NCBI GenBank assembly: GCA_963842525.1
Contig: CAWJGT010000001.1
Coordinates: 448,001-512,000, forward strand
Reading direction: 5' to 3'
From: an uncultured Holophagales bacterium
GTDB lineage: Bacteria > Acidobacteriota > Thermoanaerobaculia > Multivoradales > UBA5704
Length of the DNA: 64,000 nt
Made by a program: the position numbers and the translations under genes. The notes beneath the pieces were generated by a model. The model was not told where the DNA came from and searched no databases. It saw only the letters and a list, made by a program, of their open reading frames with translations. Below, piece after piece: positions 51,354 to 61,298 of this stretch. The stretch's first letter is position 1. Each line of letters starts with the position of its first letter.

Positions 51354-53045
51354 TCAGCGCTCCACCGCACGGCAGGGCGCTGCCGGCGTGCCCTGGCAGA
51401 TCCGGCCGTCGGCCTCCGGTGCGATGCCGCCGGGCTCCGCGGCGGCCAAACCCTCGACGACGAGCTCCTTCAGGTCCTTGCCGTCCGCGGCGCAGTCCTT
51501 CACCACCTGATCGGGTTTGAGCATCGTGTAGCCGTCCTGGTCCCCGGCCTGCGGGTTGACCAGGTAGTCGCCGACGACGAGCAGGAGGGGCTCGGCCGGA
51601 TCCACCGGACGGGCTCCGCCGCGCGCGAGCAGGGTGAGGTCCCGGGCGTCGCGGCTCTCCTGGTCGTGGGTGTAGGCGAAGCCGGAGATCTGCAGCCAGC
51701 TCCCGCTGCCCGGCCAGCCGCGCACCGCCTGGTCCGCCACCTTCTCCAGGATCGAGCCGTCGATGCGCACGAGGTGGATGGGCGTCGGATAGGCGAACAG
51801 CTCCTCGATGCTCTGCTGGGTGATCGCGCCGGGCGCCAGGTCCTGGTTCAGGCGGAGCGAGCCCGAGTTGATGAACGCCCCCTGGGCGCCGCAGGCGGCG
51901 AAGGCCGCTGTCATGCGGTCGGCGATCCAGTCGCCGAGGTTGGTCTCGCTGCCGCGGATCTTGTTCTCCTCGGCGTCGAGCTGGACGCGGCTGTGCCCCA
52001 CGACCTTCTCGAGGCAACCCATGGGCTCGCCCTGCTTGCCGCAGAACATCTTCTCGTGTTTTTCGAGCCAGCCGTCCACCCGCGCTTGCACCGCAGGGTC
52101 CGGCGTCAGCCCGGCCGCGTCGGTGAGCGGGCGAAGCTCGTGGCGGACCGCCAGCCGGCCGTCCGCCGGCAGGGTCAGGTGGACCACCACGGCGGTGCGG
52201 GCATCGGCGTCCGCCTTGAAGAGCCAGCGTCCGCCGGCCTCGATCGCCATGGCCTCGTGGTCGTGGCCGCCGAGGATCAGGTCGGGTCCGTCGGCGCCCA
52301 GGCTTTCGAGGAGGTCCTTGTCCTCCGCCACGTTCAGATGGGTCAGGCCGATGACCACCTCGGCGCCGCGGGCCCGCAGGTCGGCGGCGAGCTTCCTGGC
52401 GGTTTCGATCGGGCCGAGGATCTCGGTCGCGTATTCCGGCTGCTTGACGCCCACGGTCAGACCGAAGATCCCGATGCGGATGCCGCCGCTCTCCACGATC
52501 CAGGTCGGCGCCAGGTTGTCCGCCGCGACCACGGGTTTGCCGTCGGCGCCGTTGGCGAAGACCACGGTGCCGTTGAGCCAGCGGAACTGCGACTGCTCGA
52601 CCCGCTGGTCGAGGAGCGGCGCGTCCTTCGCCTTGTCTTTGTCGAACTCGTGGTTGCCGAAGACCGCGAACATCCGGTTGTCGAAGGCGGCCGGGTCACC
52701 GTCCAGGTTGTTCAGGACGTCGATCATCTGCTCGCCGTTGTAGGTGCGGCTGAGGAAGGACGGAAAGAGGATGTCGCCGCCGTGGGACACCAGGAGGTCG
52801 GGGGCCTCGCGCTCCAGCTCCTCGCGCAGGGTGCGCAGCCGGGCGAGATCGCCGACGGTGCCTCCCTCGACGCCCTCGATCCTGTAGACGTCGTTGATGT
52901 GGAGGAGGACGGCTGTGCGCTCGCCGCGGGCCGTGGCCGGTCCGGCCGCAGGCGGGCGGTTCGCGGCGCAGCCGGCGCCGCAGAGGGCGACGAGGAGGAG
53001 CCCCGCGAGCGGAGCGCCGAGGCGTGGGAACAGAGATCGGGTCAT
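51354..53045 (-). CDS. 5'-nucleotidase / metallophosphoesterase lipoprotein
   Basis: LHINDVY, GGD, GNHEFD, LTH, GGHDH, ETNLGD, NSGSLR. Confidence 0.92.
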   Translation of the reverse strand: MTRSLFPRLGAPLAGLLLVALCGAGCAANRPPAAGPATARGERTAVLLHINDVYRIEGVEGGTVGDLARLRTLREELEREAPDLLVSHGGDILFPSFLSRTYNGEQMIDVLNNLDGDPAAFDNRMFAVFGNHEFDKDKAKDAPLLDQRVEQSQFRWLNGTVVFANGADGKPVVAADNLAPTWIVESGGIRIGIFGLTVGVKQPEYATEILGPIETARKLAADLRARGAEVVIGLTHLNVAEDKDLLESLGADGPDLILGGHDHEAMAIEAGGRWLFKADADARTAVVVHLTLPADGRLAVRHELRPLTDAAGLTPDPAVQARVDGWLEKHEKMFCGKQGEPMGCLEKVVGHSRVQLDAEENKIRGSETNLGDWIADRMTAAFAACGAQGAFINSGSLRLNQDLAPGAITQQSIEELFAYPTPIHLVRIDGSILEKVADQAVRGWPGSGSWLQISGFAYTHDQESRDARDLTLLARGGARPVDPAEPLLLVVGDYLVNPQAGDQDGYTMLKPDQVVKDCAADGKDLKELVVEGLAAAEPGGIAPEADGRICQGTPAAPCRAVER

Positions 53046-53443
53046 CAGTGGTCTTCCCGGGGGAGAGGGTGCTCCAGAATCATATAGTCACGGACCGGCT
53101 CGCCGCCGAGCAGGTGCTCCTGGATGATGCGCTCCAGGACGGGCGGATCGCAGTGGCCATACCAGATCCCGTCGGGGTAGACGACCGCGATCGGGCCGCC
53201 GCAGCAGATGTCGAGGCAGTTGGCGCGGGTGGTGTAGACACCGCCTTTGCCGAAGAGCTTCAGCTCCCGGAGCCGTTGGCGGAGGTACTTCCACGCCCGG
53301 ATCGACCGCTTGCGGCTGCAGCACTTGGCCTCCGTCGGGTCGCAGCAGAGGAAGATGTGGCGCTCGACCTTGGCGATCCGAAGCTTCTCGGCCGTGCGCC
53401 GCTGCTTCTTGAGCAATTCCTTGGGGGGTACGTCGTCGCCCAT
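53045..53443 (-). CDS. Thioredoxin-like [2Fe-2S] ferredoxin
   Basis: HIFLC, CLDIC..GP..VVYPDG.WY, IIQEHL. Confidence 0.9.
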   Translation of the reverse strand: MGDDVPPKELLKKQRRTAEKLRIAKVERHIFLCCDPTEAKCCSRKRSIRAWKYLRQRLRELKLFGKGGVYTTRANCLDICCGGPIAVVYPDGIWYGHCDPPVLERIIQEHLLGGEPVRDYMILEHPLPREDH

Positions 53444-53516
53444 GGCAGCCGTCTACTGTACCAGGCGGCGTTCCGATGCATAAGATTCCACACGGACGAC
53501 CCGGAGGACACCTCGC

Positions 53517-54506
53517 ATGCGCAACGGCTATCCCCTGGTGGAGCTGCACCGGCATCTCGACGGCAACGTGCGGATCGAGACCATCCTCGATCTGGCGCGG
53601 CGGCATGGGATCGACCTGCCGGCGTGGACGCTCGAGGAGCTGCGGCCGTACGTCCAGATCACGGGGAGCGTGCCGAGCCTGGCGGACTTCCTGGAGAAGT
53701 TCGCCCTGCTGCGGCGGGTCATGGTGGACTACGATGCGGTGCGGCGGATCGTGCGCGAGAACTTGGAGGACGCGGCGCGTGAGGGGATCGATTACATCGA
53801 GCTGCGCTTCAGCCCCTATTTCATGGCCGAGGAGCACGGGCTCGACACGTTCGCGGTCGCCGAGGCGGTCTGCGATGCGCTGGAGGAAGCCCGGGGGACG
53901 ATCCCCGTCCAGGCGAAGCTGATCGGCATCCTCTCCCGCCACTACGGGCCGGAAGTGGCCTGGCTGGAGCTGGACGCGGCGGTCCGCCACCGCCACCGCG
54001 GCATTGTCGCCCTCGACCTCGCCGGGGACGAAGCGCTCTTCCCCGGCGAGCTGTTCGTCGAGCACTTCCGCGCCGCCCGGGAGGCCGGTCTCCGCACCAT
54101 TGCCCATGCCGGCGAGGCGGCCGGGCCGGAGAGCGTCCGCCAGGCGGTGCTCGGCCTCGGGGCCGAGCGGATCGGCCACGGCGTGCGCTCCATCGAAGAC
54201 CCCGCGGTCCTCGATCTCCTGGCCGATCGCGGCATCGTCCTGGAGGTCTGCCCGACGACCAACCTGCACACCAGCACCTGCGCTGACTACCTGTCCCATC
54301 CCCTCCCCCGGCTGCTGGAGCGGGGCCTGCGGTGCACCCTGAACACCGACGACCCGATCATCAGCGGGATCGATCTCGCCCACGAGTACCGGGTCGCCAA
54401 AGAGGAGATGGGCCTCCCCGAGGCCGACCTGCGCCGGATGCAGGAGACCTCCCTCGCCGCCGCCTTCCTCACGGACGAGGAGCGCTCGGCCCTGCGGGGC
54501 GATTGA
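53517..54506 (+). CDS. add: Adenosine deaminase
   Basis: ELHRHLDG, DLAGDE, HAGE, RIGHG, EVCPTTN, NTDDP. Confidence 0.93.
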   Translation: MRNGYPLVELHRHLDGNVRIETILDLARRHGIDLPAWTLEELRPYVQITGSVPSLADFLEKFALLRRVMVDYDAVRRIVRENLEDAAREGIDYIELRFSPYFMAEEHGLDTFAVAEAVCDALEEARGTIPVQAKLIGILSRHYGPEVAWLELDAAVRHRHRGIVALDLAGDEALFPGELFVEHFRAAREAGLRTIAHAGEAAGPESVRQAVLGLGAERIGHGVRSIEDPAVLDLLADRGIVLEVCPTTNLHTSTCADYLSHPLPRLLERGLRCTLNTDDPIISGIDLAHEYRVAKEEMGLPEADLRRMQETSLAAAFLTDEERSALRGD

Positions 54507-54561
54507 TCCGCGTCCGGCCTCCGCTATACTCCCGCCCCGTTCTGTCAGGAGGGTCTCGAGA

Positions 54562-54900
54562 ATGGCGAAGTCGAACGGCATCGATCTGTCCAAGCTGTCC
54601 ATCGAGGAGTTGGAGAACCTCGTCCGCGACGCCCAGGCGGAGATCGTCAACCGCAAGGAGGCCGAGAGGCAGCGGGTGCTCGATCAGATCCGCGAGCTGG
54701 CGGCGAGCATCGGTACGACGCCGGAGGCGCTGCTGAAACAGCAGGCCGGCGGCCGGGGCGGCGGCGGCGCCAAGGTCGAGGCGAAGTACCGCAATCCGGA
54801 CGATCCTTCGCAGACCTGGTCGGGCCGCGGCAAGCGGCCGCAGTGGATCAACGAAGCCCTCGCCGCGGGCAAGACGCTCGAGGATCTGGCTGTCGAGTGA
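54562..54900 (+). CDS. H-NS family nucleoid protein
   Basis: AKYRNP...QTWSGRGKRPQW. Confidence 0.92.
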   Translation: MAKSNGIDLSKLSIEELENLVRDAQAEIVNRKEAERQRVLDQIRELAASIGTTPEALLKQQAGGRGGGGAKVEAKYRNPDDPSQTWSGRGKRPQWINEALAAGKTLEDLAVE

Positions 54901-54970
54901 AGCCACCGCTCCCTCTCTCCATGTTTCCTGTAACATCTTTAGAAGATGGAGAGCTTCAAGGAGGTGAGCC

Positions 54971-55312
54971 ATGGAGTCCAGGAAGATCGCGAAGCAGGCG
55001 CTCCGGTTGCTCGGTCTGATGCTGGTCGTCGCCGCTCTGCCGGGTTGCCCGGCCGACAAGGGCGGTGACGGCGAGGTCTGCGGCGGCATCCAGGGTCTGC
55101 AGTGCCCCGAAGGGCAGTTCTGCGACCTGCCGGCCGGGAACTGCCAGGGAGCGGACATCCAGGGGACCTGCGTCGAGCGTCCCGAGGCGTGCACGCGCGA
55201 GTTTCGGCCGGTGTGCGGCTGCGATGGCAAGACCTACTCCAACGATTGCGAGCGGCGTCGCGCCGGAGCCCAGAAGGACCACGACGGCGAGTGCACGGCA
55301 AGCTCCCCCTAG
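54971..55312 (+). CDS. Kazal-domain lipoprotein
   Basis: LPGC lipobox; CTREFRPVCGCDGKTYSNDC; GGAGG RBS. Confidence 0.9.
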   Translation: MESRKIAKQALRLLGLMLVVAALPGCPADKGGDGEVCGGIQGLQCPEGQFCDLPAGNCQGADIQGTCVERPEACTREFRPVCGCDGKTYSNDCERRRAGAQKDHDGECTASSP

Positions 55313-55321
55313 GAGCCCGGT

Positions 55322-56893
55322 CTATCCCGTGTAGGAATCGTCCTGCTCGATCTTCGAGAGGACCCAGTCGAACTCGCCGCTGGTGATCTTGGCGCCGCAG
55401 TGCTGGCACTGGCCGGCCATGTTGGTGTCCAGGGCGGCGCCGCAGTTGGGGCAGCTCTTGTCGGTCCGCGGCGCGCCGCGCACGCCTGCGCCGCGGATCA
55501 GGGTCCAGTACTCGGAGTAGTAGCGGTCGGCGCGCGGGTTGCCCGCCACCACGTCGCCCGTGGCCTGGCGGACGGTGGAGTCGCGGCCCGCTCCCCAGAC
55601 GCGGAAGGTGACCGCGTCGAACCAGCGGTCGCGGACGATCTTGACCAGGGTGATCTCGGTGATCCGCATGCCTTCGAGGACGTTGCGCAGCCCCTGGCGC
55701 CGGTAGGCGTCGATCCAGTACTGGAGGTAGTCGAAGAGGCCGTCCGAGACGTAGGGCCGGACCGGCGACAGGTCCAGGGCCGTCCAGGCGGCGTTGAGCT
55801 GGTCGTAGATCAGCCGCACGCGGGCGGCCAGCGCCTCCTCAGTTGCCGCCGGATCGTCCCGCAGCAGCTCGGCCCGGCGCGCCGGCAGGTCCGGCTGGAA
55901 GATCGTCGACCAGCTCGTGCCGACCTCCTGGACCGTCGAGGTCAGGGCCGGCGGGCGCTCCTTCAGGCGGAGGAGCTCGATCGACTCGGCACTCCAGTCG
56001 AACCGGCCGCCGGAGACGACCTCGCCGCAGTACTCGCAGCGGTTGCCCTTGGCCGCGCCCGCCGGATCGAACGGGGCGCCGCAGTTGGGGCAGTGGAAGC
56101 TCTTGGCCTGCTCCGGCGGCTTGGTCCGCGCTCCCGCGGCGCGGACCAGGAGCCAGCGCTCGCGGACGTACTGGGTCCGCTCGCTCCCGGCCTCCCCGAC
56201 CGTCACATTGGCCTCGAAGTCCAGGCCGACCTCGACCCGCTCTTGAGGTTGGCCGGCAGCCGGCACGGAGAGACGGACGACGCGCAGAGCGCCGACCACC
56301 ACCGCCGTGACCGGCACGCCGGCGGGCGGGCGTTGTTGGAGCTGGGCCCGCGCCTCCTCGCTCAGGTAGGGCGCCAGGGCGTCGAGGTCTCGCTGGCTCG
56401 CCCGCGCCTGGTGGGCCCGGGCATAGAGGGCGTAGACGAAGTCCTCGAACAGCACCGCCGAGAAGTCGGGGTCGAGCTGCCGGATCGCTTCGAGGTCCTG
56501 CGAGCGGGCCTGCCCGGCCGACAGCGCCGGGACCGGCGGCGGAGGCGGCGCCGAGTCCCAGCTCTGGGCCGCCCCCTTCTTCATCCTGCTCCGGAAGCGC
56601 ACGACGACGACGATGACCACGATCGTCAGCGGAATGCCGACGGCGGGGTAGCGGATCACCAGCTCGAACCAGATCCGGATCAGGAAGAAGATCAGCTCGC
56701 CGCCTCCACCCCCACCCCCTCCACCACCGTCACCGCCGCCCGAGTAGCCCTCGCCGCCCCCGGGCCGGGCCAGGACGGCGACCGGCATCAAGAGAAGGAG
56801 GAGAACGACGAAGGCGAGCGCGGCCCTCACCCCCTGGCCCCCTCTCCCGGAAACCGGGAGAGGGGGGACGCGACGGTGTCGCCGGGTCTTCAC
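55322..56893 (-). CDS. TIM44-like domain membrane protein with zinc ribbons
   Basis: ARPGGG Gly-rich start, DPDFS..F, CPNCGA twice, CEYCG, YSEYWT, DWVLSKIEQ. Confidence 0.85.
   Translation of the reverse strand: MKTRRHRRVPPLPVSGRGGQGVRAALAFVVLLLLLMPVAVLARPGGGEGYSGGGDGGGGGGGGGGELIFFLIRIWFELVIRYPAVGIPLTIVVIVVVVRFRSRMKKGAAQSWDSAPPPPPVPALSAGQARSQDLEAIRQLDPDFSAVLFEDFVYALYARAHQARASQRDLDALAPYLSEEARAQLQQRPPAGVPVTAVVVGALRVVRLSVPAAGQPQERVEVGLDFEANVTVGEAGSERTQYVRERWLLVRAAGARTKPPEQAKSFHCPNCGAPFDPAGAAKGNRCEYCGEVVSGGRFDWSAESIELLRLKERPPALTSTVQEVGTSWSTIFQPDLPARRAELLRDDPAATEEALAARVRLIYDQLNAAWTALDLSPVRPYVSDGLFDYLQYWIDAYRRQGLRNVLEGMRITEITLVKIVRDRWFDAVTFRVWGAGRDSTVRQATGDVVAGNPRADRYYSEYWTLIRGAGVRGAPRTDKSCPNCGAALDTNMAGQCQHCGAKITSGEFDWVLSKIEQDDSYTG
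56824..56868. repeat. Half palindromic element within the TIM44-like 5' coding region
   Basis: ccctcaccccctggccccctctcccggaaaccgggagaggggg; translates as PPLPVSGRGGQGVRA. Confidence 0.75.
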
Positions 56894-57516
56894 CTTTCGT
56901 GGACCTCGTCAGCCAATTCGTCCACGTCCTGGGCGCTGCGGACGAGGGCGGGAGACAGGATCGGCGCCAGGGCCTTCACCCTCTCGGCCACCGCGACGCC
57001 GTCCTGCCCGCTCCGCACCGCCTCCAGAATCTCCTCCACCGCGTGGCGCCAACCCTCGGTCTGCGCCAGCGTCTCGACGCCGAGGTCGACCACCAACGCC
57101 GCCTCCCGTTCGAGCAGCGAGACGTAGAGGAGCATGCCGGTCCGCCCAGCCGTGCGATGGATGCGCCTGGCGAGGAATTCAGCCGCGGCTGCCTGGTCGA
57201 CCCAGTGGATGCGGTCGCGGCGCCGGGTAAGGAGCCGCCGGAGGATGACCGAGCGCGAGGTGACCAGTCCCGCCAGAACCCCGGCGAAAAGGGGGTCGAG
57301 GACGAACCAGACCAGCCGGAACTCCCAGGGAGAGAAGAGCAGGAAGACCAGGACAGCGAGGGCGCCGACGATCCCGCCGATCAGGCCGGCATGCAGGTAG
57401 GAGCCCGACCGGGGCCGGACCGACACCACCAACTCGGCGCTGCTGTGGGCCTCGACCGTCCGCACCGCCTCGAGCAGCGCCCGCTTTGCCTGGTCGGTGA
57501 GAAAGGGTCGCGGCAT
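56890..57516 (-). CDS. TPM-domain (DUF477-like) membrane protein
   Basis: AVRTVEAHSSAELVV, two TMs, IHRTAGRTGMLLYVSLLER. Confidence 0.85.
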   Translation of the reverse strand: MPRPFLTDQAKRALLEAVRTVEAHSSAELVVSVRPRSGSYLHAGLIGGIVGALAVLVFLLFSPWEFRLVWFVLDPLFAGVLAGLVTSRSVILRRLLTRRRDRIHWVDQAAAAEFLARRIHRTAGRTGMLLYVSLLEREAALVVDLGVETLAQTEGWRHAVEEILEAVRSGQDGVAVAERVKALAPILSPALVRSAQDVDELADEVHER

Positions 57517-57629
57517 GGCTGGAAGGGAGTCTATCGCAGGCGGTCTCCTGTCCCTGAGAGCGCCGGCGTCTCGCCGGCCCACGAGATTGCGCGCAACGAG
57601 GAGGCCGAGGGGGTAGAGGTGGCTTGAGT

Positions 57630-57686
57630 CCTCACCCCCTGTCCCCCTCTCCCATCTCCCTTCCACCCCCCGCCGGGAGAGGGGGG
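57630..57686. repeat. Palindromic element, left half
   Basis: 31-nt arm plus hairpin; preceded by GGGGTAGAGGTGGCTTGAGT. Confidence 0.85.
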
Positions 57687-57729
57687 ACGCGGCTGAGGCG
57701 TCTGTGGCGAGAGCTGTTGTCGAACGCCG

Positions 57730-57927
57730 ATGCGGCGAAATGGAGAGAGGATCTGGCCTGATCCAAACTGGATGAGGAGAAATTCGGAGAAGATCTTTGG
57801 AGATCCATTTCGGATCAGGCCTGGTCGTCCGAAGATGAGGACAGGAAGAAGAAAGATCAGGACAGATCCAAGGAGGATCAGGACAGATCCAAGGAGGATC
57901 AGGACAGATCGGAATCAGATGTCCTGA
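57730..57927. repeat. 21-nt-period purine-rich tandem tract
   Basis: gatcaggacagatccaaggag exact at 57855 and 57876, partial at 57897, degenerate upstream. Confidence 0.75.
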
Positions 57928-58084
57928 AATTTCCTCTCCCCCAGGTCATCCAGAGAGGTCCTCGACGGGCCCGCGGTCCCAGGATTCTCTCCGGTTCAAA
58001 GTTAGCGCGTATGGGACAGGGGGCGAGGTCTTTCCCCGCGGCCGATCCGCCTGCTACAGCGCCCTCGGCACAACTTTTCCTGCT

Positions 58085-58293
58085 CGAAGGAGATCTCGCC
58101 TGCCAAGTTTCACCTACTGGCGCGCTCGCGAATTGCGAAAGGCGATGACGCCTGCCGAGGAGAAGCTTGCTGCCGCGGATACACAGTGCTTCGCTTTTCA
58201 AACCGGGAACTCTTCGAGCAACCCGAGGAGGTTCTCGATCGGATTGTCGAGGTGGTCGCGGAGATTGCACGCAACAAGGAGGCGGCGGGGTAG
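58085..58293 (+). pseudogene. DUF559/Vsr-like endonuclease remnant (internal deletion)
   Basis: RELRKAMTPAEEKL joined out of frame to RGYTVLRFSNRELFEQPEEVLDRIVEVV...*; the middle of the domain is missing. Confidence 0.75.
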
Positions 58294-58306
58294 AGGCGGC
58301 TTGAGT

Positions 58307-58506
58307 CCTCACCCCCTGTCCCCCTCTCCCATCTCCCACCCGCCCATCCCCGGGAGAGGGGGGACGCAGTTGGTGCATCCGAGACGAGGCCGGAGCCCTG
58401 TGCCTCGGGGCGTGTGATCTCGGGCTCGCCACGGACGCCTCAGCTACGTCCCCCCTCTCCCGGCGGGGGGTGGAAGGGAGATGGGAGAGGGGGACAGGGG
58501 GTGAGG
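58307..58506. repeat. Palindromic MITE/REP-like element (full copy)
   Basis: 31-nt terminal inverted repeats; interior similar to the 38556 copy. Confidence 0.9.
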
Positions 58507-58679
58507 ACACGGCTCCGCCCCGCCCCTCCGGAGCCGGAAAGCCCTCCTGCCGTATGGATGCAGAGTCATCCGACAAGCATCCAGCGCCATCTGTATAGGT
58601 ACAGACTCACCCGATAGGCATACAGATCGCTCTGGATCGATCCCTATAGGGCCAGGAGGCGGGGTTACAATCCGCCGCC

Positions 58680-59321
58680 ATGACCGACCCCCTCCCCCGC
58701 TGGTGGGTGCCCAGGTTCGCGGGCTCCTGGGACGCGCTTCCCGCCCTGCCGCCTCTGGTCCTCGCGGCCGACGGCGGGCCGGCCGAGCTGCCGACCGTCG
58801 TGCGGGTCGGCTGGGACGACGAGGCGCTGCATGTCCGTTTCGACTGCACCGACGACCATGCCTGGGGGACCTACCACCGGCGCGACGCTCCCCTCTATGA
58901 AGAGGAAGCGGTCGAGGTCTTCCTCGCCCCTGGCGAGACGGACCCGGTCGACTACTTCGAGCTGGAGGTGAGCCCCCTTGGCGCGCTGTTCGATTCGCGC
59001 ATCCACAACCCCACCTCGCTGCGGGCGAACCTGGTGGCGGACGTCGGATGGGACTGCCCCGGCGTCCTCTGGGAGGCCGGCCGGACCGGGGCGCGGCAGG
59101 ACTGGTGGGCCACCCTGGCGATCCCCTGGAAAGGAATTGCGCCGGAGGGCCCTATTCCGGGACAAATTCCGGAGGTCTGGCGCGCCAACTTCTATCGCAT
59201 CGAGAGGCCGGCGGACGGGCCGGCCGAATTCTCCTGCTGGTCCCCCACGCTGACCCGGCCGGCGGACTTCCACAAGCCGGCGCGTTTCGGGCTGCTCGAG
59301 CTGTCGCCGCGGAGACGGTAG
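58680..59321 (+). CDS. Carbohydrate-binding family 9-like protein
   Basis: WDDEALHVRF, EAVEVFL, YFELEVSPLG, WRANFYR, WSPT...DFH.P..FG. Confidence 0.88.
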   Translation: MTDPLPRWWVPRFAGSWDALPALPPLVLAADGGPAELPTVVRVGWDDEALHVRFDCTDDHAWGTYHRRDAPLYEEEAVEVFLAPGETDPVDYFELEVSPLGALFDSRIHNPTSLRANLVADVGWDCPGVLWEAGRTGARQDWWATLAIPWKGIAPEGPIPGQIPEVWRANFYRIERPADGPAEFSCWSPTLTRPADFHKPARFGLLELSPRRR

Positions 59322-61259
59322 ACCCGGACCCAGCGCTCCTGGTACACCAGGTCCACCTCCCGGTCCGGTCCGGTCGCCAGCTCCAGCTCGAACTGGCGGA
59401 AATCGCGGAGTTGCCCGCTCCTGCGCAGGTCTTCGAGGTGGAAGACGAGATGGGAGACCCACATGTCGCGCAGCAGGTCGAGCCCCGCGCGGTCGGGTGC
59501 GAAGCGCATCCGTTGGATGAGGGCCACATGGCTGCGCGGCTCGTAGCCGCTGTAGCCGTTGGCGATCGGCTTCCAGTGCAGGATGGAGTAGTACATGTAG
59601 GTGTTCTCCCGCCAGTTCAGCCGGATCGGAAACTCGACGAGCGCCTTCACATCATCCTGGCGGGCGATCCACCGGTAGACCGGAGGGAACCGCTCCTCGC
59701 GCAGCATCGGCACCCAATGGACTTCCTGGGGGGCCAGCTCGACCGCCAGCCCCAGGATCAGCGCGCCGGCCAGGGCGAGGCGGGCCGGCCGGCTGCGGAG
59801 CCGTTCGAGCCACAGGTCCACGCCCCGGGCGGCGAACCAGACGACGGTCAGCGACACGAAAGCGTAGAAGCGGGCGGGCACGCGCATGCCGTCGAGCCCG
59901 GGGACCACCTGCGCCAGGGGGACGTAGACGAGCGGGTGCGTGAGCGCGAAGCAGAGCAGACCCGAGAACGCCAGCCCCCGCTCCCAGACGTCCATGCCGG
60001 CCGTGTCCAGGAGGGGACCTCGCCACCGGCGGCGCAGGGCCCACCAGAGGCCCAGGGAGAGGCCGAGCAGCAGGGCCGGAGCGTACCAGTCCCAGGCGCC
60101 CAGCCCAAGCGGCAACCCGGGCCGGAGCCGCGGCCGGGTCAGCGTCAGCAGGTCGCCCCAGGCATAGGCGGCGAGGGCGAAGAGGAGAAGCGTCCAGAGC
60201 GCAGCCCGTTGCCCCGAGCGCAGCTCTCTTTTTTCGCGAGCCCGGTGTCGGCGCAGCCAGCTCCCGAGGCCGCAGAGGAAGAGGATGGTCGGCAGGAAGC
60301 CGGCGAAGAGGGCATTTTCGGTGCGGAAGAAGGCCTCGACACGGGAGCCGAGCTGTGAGCGGAAGAAGGCCTTCTTCGGCGCCCACCAGTAGAGATTGGT
60401 CGGCGCCGGGCTGAGATAGCTCGCGAAGGTCGCCCCGAAATGGCCGATCTCCGTCTCGTCGCGGACCAGGTCGAGCCGGCGCGAGGTCTTCAGATAAGGA
60501 AGGAAGAACGCCGCGAGCACCAACGCGGCCACCAAGCCGACCGGGACGAGGATCCGCAGCGAGCGGAGCGAGAGGAGCTTCCCGGCCCTGGACGAAAGCC
60601 CGGTTGACCAGCAGCACCAGCATCGGGAAATGGATCATGTAGGCCAGGTAGCTGCCGCCGGTCACGTGCAGCAGATAGAAGAGCAGGAAGAGAGCCGCGT
60701 GCCGGGGCCGCCGTTCGGCGAGCAGACGGTCCCAGAACCAGAGCGTCAGCGGGATCCACTGGGCGATGAGGATCTGGATGTGGTTGAAGTGCTGCAGCCG
60801 GAACGGCGAAAAGGCGAACATCCAGCCGGCCAGCAGGGCTGCGAGCCAGGACCGGCCGCCGCCCTGGCGCACCACCCACGCGGTCGCCAGGGCGCTCGCC
60901 ACGAACGAGGTGAAGAAGAGGACGTTGTAGCCGGCGACGGCGTTCGGCACGACCTCCAGGAAAGCCGCGAGCTGGAGGGCCGGCCCGAACAGGTGGTCCG
61001 AGAGAGCGAGGGTGCCGCGGGTGGGCCAGAAGATGTTGGCGTCCCAGAAGTGCGGCAGGCCCAACCTTATTTGATGGACGCCCCATTTGAGCACCCAGAG
61101 GTTGAAGACCGGGTCCTCGGGCACCGGCGCGATGTGGTCCCCCCCGACCCGCCAGATGGGGCGGAGGTAGACCAGGGTGAGCAGCGTGGTCGCGGCAAGG
61201 CCGGCCAGGGCCGGGAGCCACATCCTCCCCCCCGCCGCGGGGACCTCCTTCCTCTCCAT
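59192..61259 (-). CDS. GT-C-type/YfhO-like membrane protein; frameshift near 60579
   Basis: DPVFNLWVL.W, WDANIFWP...LALSD, FAFSPFRL.H; second frame MRVPARF, ANGYSG. Removing one A gives GRELLSLRSLRILV. Confidence 0.78.
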
Positions 61260-61298
61260 GATGGCGGAGAGTATCCTTCCGCGGCGTCCTGAGCCACC

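Noticed and set aside
59192-59321. 130-nt convergent overlap of the CBM9-like and membrane-protein genes
   Set aside because: Most simply late stop usage in GC-rich DNA; no evidence of function.
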